Shown in pieces: positions 1 through 8,779 of a DNA stretch of 64,000 nt. Where the stretch lies: positions 124,001-188,000 of the IMG/VR virus record IMGVR_UViG_3300032236_001859; one strand, 5' to 3'. The notes beneath the pieces were generated by a model. It ran no database searches. It saw only the letters and a list, made by a program, of their open reading frames with translations, and was not told where the DNA came from. The stretch's first letter is position 1. Every line of letters begins with the position of its first letter. The translations under genes and the position numbers were made by a program.

Positions 1-1
1 C

Positions 2-604
2 AAAGATCGGGGAGACCCCATCGACTTCATAGAGTTCAACAGTGGCGTGATGCAAGAACTTGTCGGTGATCGCGGCGCCGTTGACTTGAAGCGAGGGGTA
101 AAAGCCGATGAGATCGTTGGCGGGCACCCCAGTATCCGTGTACTCGAAACCAAGGAGACACATGGACACCGTACTGGAGCCCAGGCGATTGTAGATCTGG
201 GTGAGGTCGCGGTGGTCATCCCCGGTGATCGCATCGATTTGGTCTTCGCCACCACCGAAGACAAGTTTGTTGAGATCCCTGTTCTCCGCATTGGCGTCGT
301 CGTAGATCTCGACGAGCATGGCGTGTTCTTCATAGGGAGGGAACTTGACGGCAAAGGTACCCGCACCATTGGCACTCTCGTAGGCCGAGGCGACATCGAT
401 GCTGTAACAACGCAGGAGGACTTCAGGGGTGCAGACATCGTAACCCGTGATATCCAGGGCCTCACCGGTGAGCCCCCCAGGAATCAGTTTAAGGAGACGT
501 GCACGCACGGTGCCCACGGGGGCACTGGGGAGGACGCCAACACAGGGGTGCCCAGCATTCAGGGTACCCGCGGTGACATTGTTCACAAAGGATGGATATT
601 TCAC
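2..604 (-). CDS. Hypothetical protein, partial (runs off the left edge); probably virion structural
   Basis: Not in the ORF track. My manual translation from GTG at 604 (GGAG 7 nt upstream) gives an open frame MKYPSFVNNVTAGTLNAGHPC...ELYEVDGVSPIF to the window edge. The + strand ORF 47..610 is its shadow. Confidence 0.75.
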   Translation of the reverse strand, partial: MKYPSFVNNVTAGTLNAGHPCVGVLPSAPVGTVRARLLKLIPGGLTGEALDITGYDVCTPEVLLRCYSIDVASAYESANGAGTFAVKFPPYEEHAMLVEIYDDANAENRDLNKLVFGGGEDQIDAITGDDHRDLTQIYNRLGSSTVSMCLLGFEYTDTGVPANDLIGFYPSLQVNGAAITDKFLHHATVELYEVDGVSPIF

Positions 605-655
605 GTGTAATCTCCGATGCTGGAAATCTTGGGATTAGATGGGGGCTGACAATGC

Positions 656-1582
656 CTACCAGGCCCAGAGCGTGGTCAGCGGGTTGAGATGAATGATGAC
701 TTCACCGGCGTCACGCAGTGCGCTCGGGTTGGCTTCTCGCGTGATCTCAATGGTGAATCCCCTGGATTCCTTGTCACCGTCTTCGTCGTCAACAATGGGC
801 ATCCAGTTCGGGATCGAGTTCACTGGGGTGGCCCCAGGAAAATAGGTCCATCTCGATTTTTCATAGGCGCTGCCACGTGGGCCGCCTACTGTATCCACAC
901 GTGTCACCGTGTAGGGGTGATAGGGGTTGCAGTAGGCATCATAGATCACGGAGGCCCCCGCGGGGTGATAGCCCGCAGTGGTCCCGAATCGAGATCTCAC
1001 GACCTGGATCTGATGCCCGGATACCGCGATAACCTTCACGGCTTCATAGCCCACAACGGCGTAGTTTCCAATGATAAACAGCCCGTTCACTGGTGCCGTA
1101 AAGTTGAACACGGTATCTGAGGGTAGAATAGTTCCGGAGAGAATACGATTTCCCAACGGGGCGGCGTGGAGGACCCCAATGGAACGATGGTTGGTTTCAT
1201 CCCCGGGGCGCCGGTAGTGAATGTTAAGTTGACGGACAACATCAGAGATTCGAGTCGGCATCCGTGGCCAGACATCAACGGGATATGCGGGGTCACTCCC
1301 AGTATTGATGTCCGAGTATCCCCAGGATCTGGAATCGTCATCCCACTTCATCATGGCCAGTGAAATCGTCTCCGCACCCAGGGGTTGCGGGAAGCATGCC
1401 GCAGGGATCGAGATGTCGTGTGAAATGTTGACATCGGCGCCAATGGCGTCACGGAAGCCCTCGGGGAGCACGATATCAAGGGTTCCGCAATACTGCACTT
1501 CAGGGGGCTCCGTGAGGGGAAGGCCAGCAAATGTGGCGTTATCGGTAAGCGGGAGGGCTCCGGGTATAATGTTCATGGCCAT
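656..1582 (-). CDS. Hypothetical structural protein (tail/baseplate-like)
   Basis: 308-aa beta-rich ORF coupled to its neighbour; contains VVRSRFGTTAGYHPAG, similar to the RG..GT.A..H..G motif of phage baseplate/tail proteins. Confidence 0.6.
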   Translation of the reverse strand: MAMNIIPGALPLTDNATFAGLPLTEPPEVQYCGTLDIVLPEGFRDAIGADVNISHDISIPAACFPQPLGAETISLAMMKWDDDSRSWGYSDINTGSDPAYPVDVWPRMPTRISDVVRQLNIHYRRPGDETNHRSIGVLHAAPLGNRILSGTILPSDTVFNFTAPVNGLFIIGNYAVVGYEAVKVIAVSGHQIQVVRSRFGTTAGYHPAGASVIYDAYCNPYHPYTVTRVDTVGGPRGSAYEKSRWTYFPGATPVNSIPNWMPIVDDEDGDKESRGFTIEITREANPSALRDAGEVIIHLNPLTTLWAW

Positions 1583-1583
1583 G

Positions 1584-2345
1584 TCAGGGCCCCATGTTCA
1601 GCACGCGGGTCACCGACACCAGGGTTTCAGAAAGAGGCGTGGAATCCACGGGTGCCCAGGCATAGGTCAGGGTGAGCACGGCACCATCACGAATCCTCGT
1701 GATCTGCTTGGTGTGGACCATCCCACTTGGCAGCCAGGTATAGGAAATAACGAATAGTGTTGCCGTCTTAGTGGAATCCGAGTAATGCGTCTTCGTGAGG
1801 AGATCACCGGTGACGGCATCCCAGGTGTACTCAGTATAATAGGCCTGGTTGTCAACCTCGAACTCGATCTCTAACCCGATTTGATCGCAGCAATCACCGC
1901 TTGGTGTGGGCCCCGGACCCCCAGAGGTCGCCCCCGGAGAGTAAGTCAGGACGCCCTTAATAGCCGTGATCTCACGAGGAGTCTGGGAATCGAAAACCCC
2001 AATGAGTCTCCATTCGAGATCAATGGGGTTCAGGGTGTCCAGGATATCAAATGCAGGGCTACCGCCATGGACCTGATAGGGGATGCGACCAGCGTTGGGG
2101 TTCTCAAGCGCCCATGTCGCCGCACCGGGGACATAGTTGACACTCAGGATCAAGGCACCCTTTTCAGTGAAAATGCCGAGGCGAGGGTAGGGTGCCCGGA
2201 GAACCAGGGGTTCGGAGTCATACTCGAGGACCAAGCGTACACTGAGGTCGTCTGCGGAGTCCAGTATCAATGGGGGCTGGGGCCGCAGGGGCACCAGCGT
2301 GGTCAACGCGGACTTCAAGTCGAGGCGGAGCTCAGAGATTAACAT
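1584..2345 (-). CDS. Hypothetical structural protein
   Basis: 253-aa ORF with GGAG SD; C-terminal beta-strand block (YYTEYTWDAVTGDLLTKTHY...LTLTYAW) typical of virion proteins. Confidence 0.6.
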   Translation of the reverse strand: MLISELRLDLKSALTTLVPLRPQPPLILDSADDLSVRLVLEYDSEPLVLRAPYPRLGIFTEKGALILSVNYVPGAATWALENPNAGRIPYQVHGGSPAFDILDTLNPIDLEWRLIGVFDSQTPREITAIKGVLTYSPGATSGGPGPTPSGDCCDQIGLEIEFEVDNQAYYTEYTWDAVTGDLLTKTHYSDSTKTATLFVISYTWLPSGMVHTKQITRIRDGAVLTLTYAWAPVDSTPLSETLVSVTRVLNMGP

Positions 2346-2372
2346 GAATAGTCTCCAGCGCCGAGACAGAGA

Positions 2373-2846
2373 TCAGGGCACCTGAACGAGGTCTTCCCGG
2401 GGTTCCCTGACATCTTCAGTGATTTCGAGATCTGCGCCAGAGGTGGGCTCCGCCGCGGCGATGTCACCCTGTGGGGTCAACGCGAGCTCGATACCCTGGA
2501 TGCGTGCCAGGTTGGCGTAGAAGTTAAGGTTGACCTGGAGGGGGTGAATAACCCCGGGTTCCGGGATCCTGCCATTCTTCTCGGCACGAATCACGGAATC
2601 CCGGATGTCGGCCTGACAGCGCCTGAGGTGACGGAGGAGGAACTCCTTGGTGTCCCCGGCTTCAAAGAAGAGATCAAGGGCACCACGCTGGATGTCCTGG
2701 CGCTGCGACATCGTCCGTATATTGCAGCGGTGGTCACCAACGAAGTGGTAGACCCCGGGTCCCAGGGTGCGATTGGGTTTAATCCACGTAAGTATAACAC
2801 GCGGATATTTAACTACAACAATGGTGTGGGCGATGGACGTGTTCAT
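2373..2846 (-). CDS. Hypothetical protein
   Basis: 157-aa ORF whose start overlaps the upstream stop (ATGA). Confidence 0.65.
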   Translation of the reverse strand: MNTSIAHTIVVVKYPRVILTWIKPNRTLGPGVYHFVGDHRCNIRTMSQRQDIQRGALDLFFEAGDTKEFLLRHLRRCQADIRDSVIRAEKNGRIPEPGVIHPLQVNLNFYANLARIQGIELALTPQGDIAAAEPTSGADLEITEDVREPREDLVQVP

Positions 2847-3172
2847 TTGGCGGACTTCTTCGCAGTCTTGTGACGACTCGCCAACTTGGTCAGCGCGATG
2901 TCACCATCGAGACGGCCTGGGCGGGGTGCCGCTGCCTTGAACTGTGCTGCTGTTTTTTCCAGGAATTTATTTACGATTCCCGCTTTCTTCTCATTTTTGA
3001 CAGCTTTGGGATTGCCCAGCGCAGGGGTGATCTTGCCCTTAGCGTTGGTATCGGGCTGGGTAGGCTGCTCGGGCGGCGGGGGCGCATTGGTGCCACTCCG
3101 GGGTTTAACAGGGGTGTCGGTGTGGGCTGCGATTTTCTGTGCAGCCTTGAATAAGAGTTCACGGGGTTTCAT
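2843..3172 (-). CDS. Small basic K-x-A-motif protein (putative head internal protein)
   Basis: Start moved to MKPRELL (ATG 3172, GGAG SD, ATGA overlap). Contains FKAAQKIAAH, EKTAAQFKAAA and TKLASRHKTAKKSAK. Confidence 0.7.
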   Translation of the reverse strand: MKPRELLFKAAQKIAAHTDTPVKPRSGTNAPPPPEQPTQPDTNAKGKITPALGNPKAVKNEKKAGIVNKFLEKTAAQFKAAAPRPGRLDGDIALTKLASRHKTAKKSAK

Positions 3173-4182
3173 GGGTGCTCCGATGCGATAGGATAGTCCC
3201 GCGATGGTGGCGGACAAGTCTGGGGGGCCGGGGTGTCCTGGAGGGTCCACGTTATCTTCCCGAGATCATAGCACCTCTTGTAGCCCAGGGATGCTGCCAT
3301 CTCGAACTCAGTGGATCCAGGGTCCTGACCCCCGAGTTCCGAGATTAGGTCTCGGCGTTGTTTGGACGACTTCGCAAACCATTCACCACCCCGCCAGTAC
3401 CGATAGTCAGGTTTCGGGGTCTCGGTATCCCTGGTAAACCCGAGAGTGGCATAAACGGCACCCCCGGGCGCATAGCGTTCATCAGAGTAACTGATGACAA
3501 ACCCAGGGTGTTCCTTGCGAAACGCGGAGAGAAGTCGCGAGGCCCCTCCGGGGACAACCACCGAGGATGCGAATCTCTGGAGGAGCCATCCACCGCTGGC
3601 TCCTCTGCATGCCTCAGAATGGGTGAACGCCATTATGGCGACGACCCCATGCTCGGGGTGTGTGAGCGCATAGTTGTACTTGGCGTTCGCCTTGCCTTGA
3701 AGGTGGTAGGTTTCATAGAAGGCGTCGGCCTCAGCCTTGGGGACCTCGATGACCTCGCATTGTCGTGCACCCACCTTGACGAGGGATTCCCCGAGGCGGT
3801 AGCGGAGGATGTGCTTTAGTGCTGTCCCCCTGACCTCATCCTTCCAGAGCATGAGGGTGCGGTATCCCATGTACCTGAGATGCGTACTCTGGCGCAGTAG
3901 CCACTTCGTCGCCGTGGCATGTTTGCAGTCGTAAGTCTTCTGGATGGCATCAACATTCCAGACCTCGGGGTCAACACTGACCACTGCGAGGTCCTTTGCC
4001 AGTGCGATGACTTCGGGGTAGTAAGGCAACTGGATGGGAGACGGTGGCTCCTCGACGTGCATGGCCTTCCATGTCGAGGGTCCCGAGATCCCATACCGTT
4101 TACCAATCTTGACCACGGGTTCTCCGAGGAGTGCGTAGGCCTGCATCTCAAGAAATCGATTGGTGGGGGTTGTACGGCTCAT
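3169..4182 (-). CDS. Hef-like homing-endonuclease-family protein with N-terminal HTH-like segments and a C-terminal Mom/GNAT-like domain
   Basis: VGARQCEVIEV...FYETYHLQG...VAIMAF...LLQRFAS..VPGGASRLL...ISYSDERY...VYATLGF...PDYRY...CYDLGKITW matches the conserved C-terminal region of phage Hef-like proteins. Confidence 0.65.
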   Translation of the reverse strand: MSRTTPTNRFLEMQAYALLGEPVVKIGKRYGISGPSTWKAMHVEEPPSPIQLPYYPEVIALAKDLAVVSVDPEVWNVDAIQKTYDCKHATATKWLLRQSTHLRYMGYRTLMLWKDEVRGTALKHILRYRLGESLVKVGARQCEVIEVPKAEADAFYETYHLQGKANAKYNYALTHPEHGVVAIMAFTHSEACRGASGGWLLQRFASSVVVPGGASRLLSAFRKEHPGFVISYSDERYAPGGAVYATLGFTRDTETPKPDYRYWRGGEWFAKSSKQRRDLISELGGQDPGSTEFEMAASLGYKRCYDLGKITWTLQDTPAPQTCPPPSRDYPIASEHP

Positions 4183-5018
4183 GGGGTGGCTCCGAGGTAG
4201 ATAATCGCGGCGTCAATGATATCTGGGCTGTTACGGAACTTTCCAACTGCGATGTTACATGCAAAGCAGAGAAGCCCGCGCACGTTTCCTGTGGTGTGAC
4301 AGTGGTCAATGTTGGGTGCCTTCCGTCGGTGCTCCCCAAAGGGGGCACCGCAGCAATGACATGCGTTAGAACACAGCCCCAATAACCACGTGTACTGATC
4401 TGGGTAGATGTTGTAGACCCTGACTCTTCGCTGCTTTAAGTCATCCCCAACTATCCCCACATGAGTGGTCACTGGTATCGACACCTCACGTAGAAGATAG
4501 CTCTTGATCTGCTGTAGACGTGTCGCGGAGTCATCAGAAAACCCGAGACCACTATTGCAGAACTCACAGATCACCCCACGCACATGCCCAGTGATATGGC
4601 AGTGATCTATGAACCTCTTGGAAGTCTCAAATGACGTCTTGCAAATCGCGCAGCTAGGCACGACATGCAGCTCCCGATATCTTTCAGGTGAGATATCGTA
4701 TTCTTTGCAAGTTTTACGTTCACATGCACATTTCTTACATACGGTAGATCTTGGTCGTCTGCATCGTGGGTTTGTGTTCGCATTGAACTCCTCAATAGGT
4801 AGTTTCTGTTTACACCTAGAGCAGCAAAGATGTGTCTCTGCCCCTGTGTACTTGGGGGGTGCACCAGTGCGGCCACGCCTTGCTACCCCGTGTTTTCGGC
4901 AGTGATAACAGATGGCAGCTTCATCTACTCCCATGCGGTTTGCTATACTCATCATTTTTTCGCCATCTCGGTAGCTCTTCAAGATATCTACTACTTGCGC
5001 ATCGCTTAGCTTGCTCAT
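4179..5018 (-). CDS. Free-standing endonuclease with HTH, Zn finger and two tandem endonuclease VII (His-Me finger) domains
   Basis: Two copies of CxxC...IDHCHxTGxVRGxxCxxCN...YL (IDHCHITGHVRGVICEFCN; IDHCHTTGNVRGLLCFACN); N-terminal HTH; visibly lower GC than the flanks. Confidence 0.85.
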   Translation of the reverse strand: MSKLSDAQVVDILKSYRDGEKMMSIANRMGVDEAAICYHCRKHGVARRGRTGAPPKYTGAETHLCCSRCKQKLPIEEFNANTNPRCRRPRSTVCKKCACERKTCKEYDISPERYRELHVVPSCAICKTSFETSKRFIDHCHITGHVRGVICEFCNSGLGFSDDSATRLQQIKSYLLREVSIPVTTHVGIVGDDLKQRRVRVYNIYPDQYTWLLGLCSNACHCCGAPFGEHRRKAPNIDHCHTTGNVRGLLCFACNIAVGKFRNSPDIIDAAIIYLGATP

Positions 5019-5025
5019 GTAAGTA

Positions 5026-5078
5026 CCATATTAGCTTTTAGGAATATGCAATAGATTCACTATCCCCAAAGCTAATGG
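5026..5078 (-). promoter_or_regulatory. Stem-loop ending 7 nt upstream of the endonuclease start codon
   Basis: Minus strand CCATTAGCTTT (5078-5068) pairs with AAAGCTAA-TA-TGG (5038-5026), an 11-bp stem with a 2-nt bulge. Confidence 0.45.
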
Positions 5079-5090
5079 CCGCGTTGCATA

Positions 5091-5128
5091 CCAAAGAGAA
5101 CCCCATGGTCTGAACAGACCATGGGGTT
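5091..5128 (-). terminator. Intrinsic terminator after the major capsid gene (possibly bidirectional)
   Basis: Perfect 13-bp stem AACCCCATGGTCT/AGACCATGGGGTT with a 4-nt loop; pyrimidine tail CTCTTT on minus, T-run on plus. Confidence 0.8.
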
Positions 5129-5153
5129 TTGTAATACATTGAAACGCTACAGG

Positions 5154-6092
5154 TTACGCAGTAGCGATAGTTACCAATGCAACCGCTGCTGGATTGGCAA
5201 TCGTTGCCCCTCGCTCGGCATATGCGAAAAATTCGAGGTTGTATGCCCTTTTATCGACATACATTGTGGTGTCTTCAAGAACGTACGATTTTCCAAGGAA
5301 CTCTGGGGAAGCAAAGACCCAGAAGGAGCTCTCAGCCACAAGCTCGGTTTTGTTTGTCACTACCCAATTACAACCAATCAGCTTCTTCTGTTGGAAGCCA
5401 TCGACCAACATGTCTTGCGACAGGTCGCCACCGGCTTCGTCACGGGTGAACTTACTGACGTCATGGATGGTGATGTTGTTGACCAGGATGGTCACGCCGT
5501 CCAAGTGAGCGAAAGTACGTGGCAGGATCTTTTTGATCTCGAACAACGAGTTACGGGTGATGCCCGCGGGATCAACGATCTTGACGTTTTGGACGATGCC
5601 GGTTTCAGGAACGATACCGCCCTGAGGTCCGACGATGGCTTGACAAGCCGACAGCATCTTGCGGTCGAACTCGAAATCCATGTCGAGGATGGCGTTGTCC
5701 GAGATGACCTGGCGGATGTCCATACCGTAGGTACGGAGTTCCGAGGTATCCTTCGTGAACTTATGGGTCACGATACGATCGAAGTAGACCGGGTAACGGT
5801 CACCACGGAAGTAGTATTGGATGGGCTGCTGACCCAGGGGGATCGTGATGGCAGCGGGTGAGTTGGGTTCGCGTTCGACCAGCTTGACGTTCTTGTCATT
5901 GCTGAGTTGTGGGGTGAGTTCGTCATCCCCAATCTTGATCGCTGGCAGAATCTTCTCGAAGAACGAGGATTCACGGATGCGAACGCGGGTGAAGTCGGTC
6001 ACCATATCCGCTGCGGCTTTGATATGGCCCTTTTCGAGCATACCGAAGAATGCAGCATTGGACTGGGCCGCGGACAGCTTTTTCTGACTCAT
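5154..6092 (-). CDS. Major capsid protein (HK97 fold)
   Basis: 312 aa; strong SD (AAGGA) with an A/C-rich leader; followed by a terminator; sits directly downstream of protease, scaffold and decoration genes. Segments such as RIRESSFFEKILP and FDRIVTHKFTKDTSEL..Y.MDIRQVISDN resemble jumbo-phage MCPs. Confidence 0.8.
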   Translation of the reverse strand: MSQKKLSAAQSNAAFFGMLEKGHIKAAADMVTDFTRVRIRESSFFEKILPAIKIGDDELTPQLSNDKNVKLVEREPNSPAAITIPLGQQPIQYYFRGDRYPVYFDRIVTHKFTKDTSELRTYGMDIRQVISDNAILDMDFEFDRKMLSACQAIVGPQGGIVPETGIVQNVKIVDPAGITRNSLFEIKKILPRTFAHLDGVTILVNNITIHDVSKFTRDEAGGDLSQDMLVDGFQQKKLIGCNWVVTNKTELVAESSFWVFASPEFLGKSYVLEDTTMYVDKRAYNLEFFAYAERGATIANPAAVALVTIATA

Positions 6093-6134
6093 GGTCTCAA
6101 TTCCTTGTTGGTTTGTGGTTGGAGGCTACCGAGC

Positions 6135-6746
6135 TCACAGGCTGGCAGGCAGGGTGTTTCCGGCGCGGAGGAGTTCCAGGACGGGGTAGAACGCCAGGGT
6201 GGCGTAACCATCGGGTCCAGTGAACTTGCCGGCGGGGGCGACGCGACCGATGATGATATCGGTGGCAGGAGTCGCGAGGTCACGGATAACACCGGCGTTG
6301 GCGTTACCAGCGGCAACCACAGTCAAGGGTTGGCCAGGAGCATAGGTCTTCGAGGAGTCGAAAGCAGTGGTACTGAGTTCGACGGCCGATTTCCATGCGA
6401 TGGTGCCGAAGCGGGCTTCACCAGCATAGGGCATGGCGTAGCCATTGCCGCCGCTGATGTTCGAGCGGGTTTGGGCATTCAGGGCGCCGCTGAGCAGACC
6501 GTCGCGGACGACGTCTGGAGCATTGTTGGCATCGGTGCCGGAGACCGCGAACAGCGGGAGCTGGTTCAGGGCATCAGCGGCGTCGAGGCCAGCGCGGAGC
6601 TTGCCGGTGAGGGGAGAGATGGAGCAGACAGAACCTGCGTCGATGAGGACGCCGGCGCCGATTTGACCAGAGAAGTCGACCAAGGTGTTGCGGTCGCCTT
6701 TACGGACTTCGAGCTTCTTGCCACCCATACTGGTTGGGATACTCAT
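6135..6746 (-). CDS. Capsid decoration / cement protein
   Basis: 203-aa Gly/Ala-rich beta protein immediately upstream of the MCP; YAPGQPLTV...IIGRV pattern typical of decoration proteins. Confidence 0.55.
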   Translation of the reverse strand: MSIPTSMGGKKLEVRKGDRNTLVDFSGQIGAGVLIDAGSVCSISPLTGKLRAGLDAADALNQLPLFAVSGTDANNAPDVVRDGLLSGALNAQTRSNISGGNGYAMPYAGEARFGTIAWKSAVELSTTAFDSSKTYAPGQPLTVVAAGNANAGVIRDLATPATDIIIGRVAPAGKFTGPDGYATLAFYPVLELLRAGNTLPASL

Positions 6747-6808
6747 GGTTAATCTTCCTTTGGTGAAGACGTGTGAAGGGGACTGTTGTCCCGGTTATTC
6801 AGACAGGT

Positions 6809-7246
6809 TCAGTTGCCTGAGGGGATGTGCTGACGGGCATGACGATCCCAGACCGCGTCCGAAGACTCGACTTGGGCTTCAGGATCCGCGACGACGCTGG
6901 CCATCTTCGGGGCACGGCTGGCGACTTCAGCAAACTTTTGCAATGCCGTGACAGCCTTGGAGTGATCCATGACTTCATTGGCAAAGGCTTCTGCGCGTTC
7001 GGGACTCGAGATCATGCCGGTTTGCAACAGGGTTGCAGCGGCGCGCTTGGCGAGTCCACGCAGATTTGCCTGCTTGGCCTGGTCGGCTTCGCTGGCAGTC
7101 TTTTGGGTTTTCTGCGCCGAGGAGACCTGGGCTTTCAGGGCTTCGATTTCACCGGCTTGTTTTTGGATGACACCCTGGGCTTGTTCCAGGGAGGATGCGA
7201 GACCATCGAGAGTGCTCGCAACTTTCTTGAGCTCATTGCCAGTCAT
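6809..7246 (-). CDS. Coiled-coil head assembly/scaffold-associated protein
   Basis: Start moved to MTGNELKKVAS (ATG 7246, 5 nt after the upstream stop). Heptad helix; motifs KKVAS, QKTAS, AKRAA. Confidence 0.6.
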   Translation of the reverse strand: MTGNELKKVASTLDGLASSLEQAQGVIQKQAGEIEALKAQVSSAQKTQKTASEADQAKQANLRGLAKRAAATLLQTGMISSPERAEAFANEVMDHSKAVTALQKFAEVASRAPKMASVVADPEAQVESSDAVWDRHARQHIPSGN

Positions 7247-7250
7247 GGGA

Positions 7251-8777
7251 TCAGGCTTTCTTGTTGGTGGAGGTTTGCGCGATTTGGATAGCAGCGGCTT
7301 TCTTGAAGATTGCAGCGCTGACACGAGCCTTGTAACTCGCGACTTTGTCCATCGCGGGCACCGGAGCGGCTTGGAGCTGCTGCAGGGCCTGGGGGTCGAG
7401 TCCCATTTCCTGGAGGACTTGCAGCAGGGCTGCTTGTTCTTCAGGGGTCTTGGCTTCGAGGCCAGCCAGGGGATCACCACTCATGGGTTCACCAGTGGGG
7501 GCGGCACCGGGGATCACAGGGGCCGCAGGAGCGACTCCAGCAGCACCGGCTTCTTCACCACCAGGGAGATGTTCGGCGTGTTCTTGGGCAGGGGTCTCGC
7601 CTTGCTCATGCTTGGACGACTCGCCTTCTTTCTCGGCGTCTTCCTGCTTCTTGCCTTCAGAGCCCTCGTGAGCTTTGCCTTCACCGGCCTCATGCTTCGC
7701 GGCTTCTTCGAGTTCCTGAGCAGTCTTGATGGCCAGATTGAATCCAAAGGCGTGCGCGGCCTTGTGCAGGGTGCGCAGCTTCTGGGGGTAATCGGGATGA
7801 CCAGGACCAACATCCAGGGCAGCAACTTTCATGGCCTGGAGGTCTTCGGGGGCGGGTTCACCACCGGCGTCGCCGCCAGGGGGAAGTGCACCAGCGGGAC
7901 CGGCACCACCAGCGGCGTCGGCAGGGGGAGCGCCAGCACCGGCGGCATCAGCGGGGGGAGCCCCTGCGTCAGCACCGGGTTGGGCGCCGTCTTGGCCACC
8001 CATCTGTTCACTCAAGGCTTGGAGTTCTTGGAGGTCTTCAGGGGACAATGCACCGCTACGGGCGGCTTCCTGAAGGATCTGTTCGGCTTGGGCGTCATCG
8101 ATCTCACCATTTTGGAGAGCAGCCATGAGCTCTTGGGCTCCGGCTTGTGCAGCACCTTGTTCGCCACCAGGGATGGCGGCAGCACCTGCGGCTGCATCTC
8201 CGCCGCCTGCGGCTTCCATCGCCTTTTTAGCGATGTATGCGCTCATGCCGGTCAGGGGCTTGGCGGCTTCAGGCTGACCGTTTGATTTTCCCAGGATACT
8301 GGCGACCTTCTGTTGGGCGGCTTCCGCATTGGCATCAACCGGCAGCTTTTCGGCGGCCGACTTCAACCACGCAGACATCTTGCGTCCAGTCGAGATGAGT
8401 TCACCAGCGGACTTCGAGAGTTCGCTCTGGGGTACGGGACCATTGTCGGCTTCACCTTTGACTTCGAGGTCGGCACCTTTGCCGCCTTCTTGGCCATCAG
8501 TGGACACCGCGGTGGCACCCTCTGTGGAGGCTTCAACACTTGCACCGGGCTTATTGGCCACGGCGCCGCCGTCAACTTTGGCCTCGGTATGCTTACCGGC
8601 CTCTTCGACGTTCTTGTTGTAGTGTTCACCTTTTTTCACGGCTTCAGTGCCGTTATCGCTGTCCAGGGGATCAGCGGGGCTCGCGGATTTGGCGAGGCCT
8701 TCGGTGGGGACTTCGGAGGCGCGTTTGATCATGAGGTCTAAATCCTCCATGATCGTGCGCTGTGTCTTTTGAGTCAT
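7251..8777 (-). CDS. Scaffold-like head protein (acidic, low-complexity, many K-x-A sites)
   Basis: 508 aa between protease and MCP; AAGGAAG SD; Ala/Gly/Pro/Glu-rich; IKRAS, AKSAS, SKSAG, LKSAA, QKVAS, MKVAA, IKTAQ, DKVAS, KKAAA. Confidence 0.6.
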   Translation of the reverse strand: MTQKTQRTIMEDLDLMIKRASEVPTEGLAKSASPADPLDSDNGTEAVKKGEHYNKNVEEAGKHTEAKVDGGAVANKPGASVEASTEGATAVSTDGQEGGKGADLEVKGEADNGPVPQSELSKSAGELISTGRKMSAWLKSAAEKLPVDANAEAAQQKVASILGKSNGQPEAAKPLTGMSAYIAKKAMEAAGGGDAAAGAAAIPGGEQGAAQAGAQELMAALQNGEIDDAQAEQILQEAARSGALSPEDLQELQALSEQMGGQDGAQPGADAGAPPADAAGAGAPPADAAGGAGPAGALPPGGDAGGEPAPEDLQAMKVAALDVGPGHPDYPQKLRTLHKAAHAFGFNLAIKTAQELEEAAKHEAGEGKAHEGSEGKKQEDAEKEGESSKHEQGETPAQEHAEHLPGGEEAGAAGVAPAAPVIPGAAPTGEPMSGDPLAGLEAKTPEEQAALLQVLQEMGLDPQALQQLQAAPVPAMDKVASYKARVSAAIFKKAAAIQIAQTSTNKKA

Positions 8778-8779
8778 AG

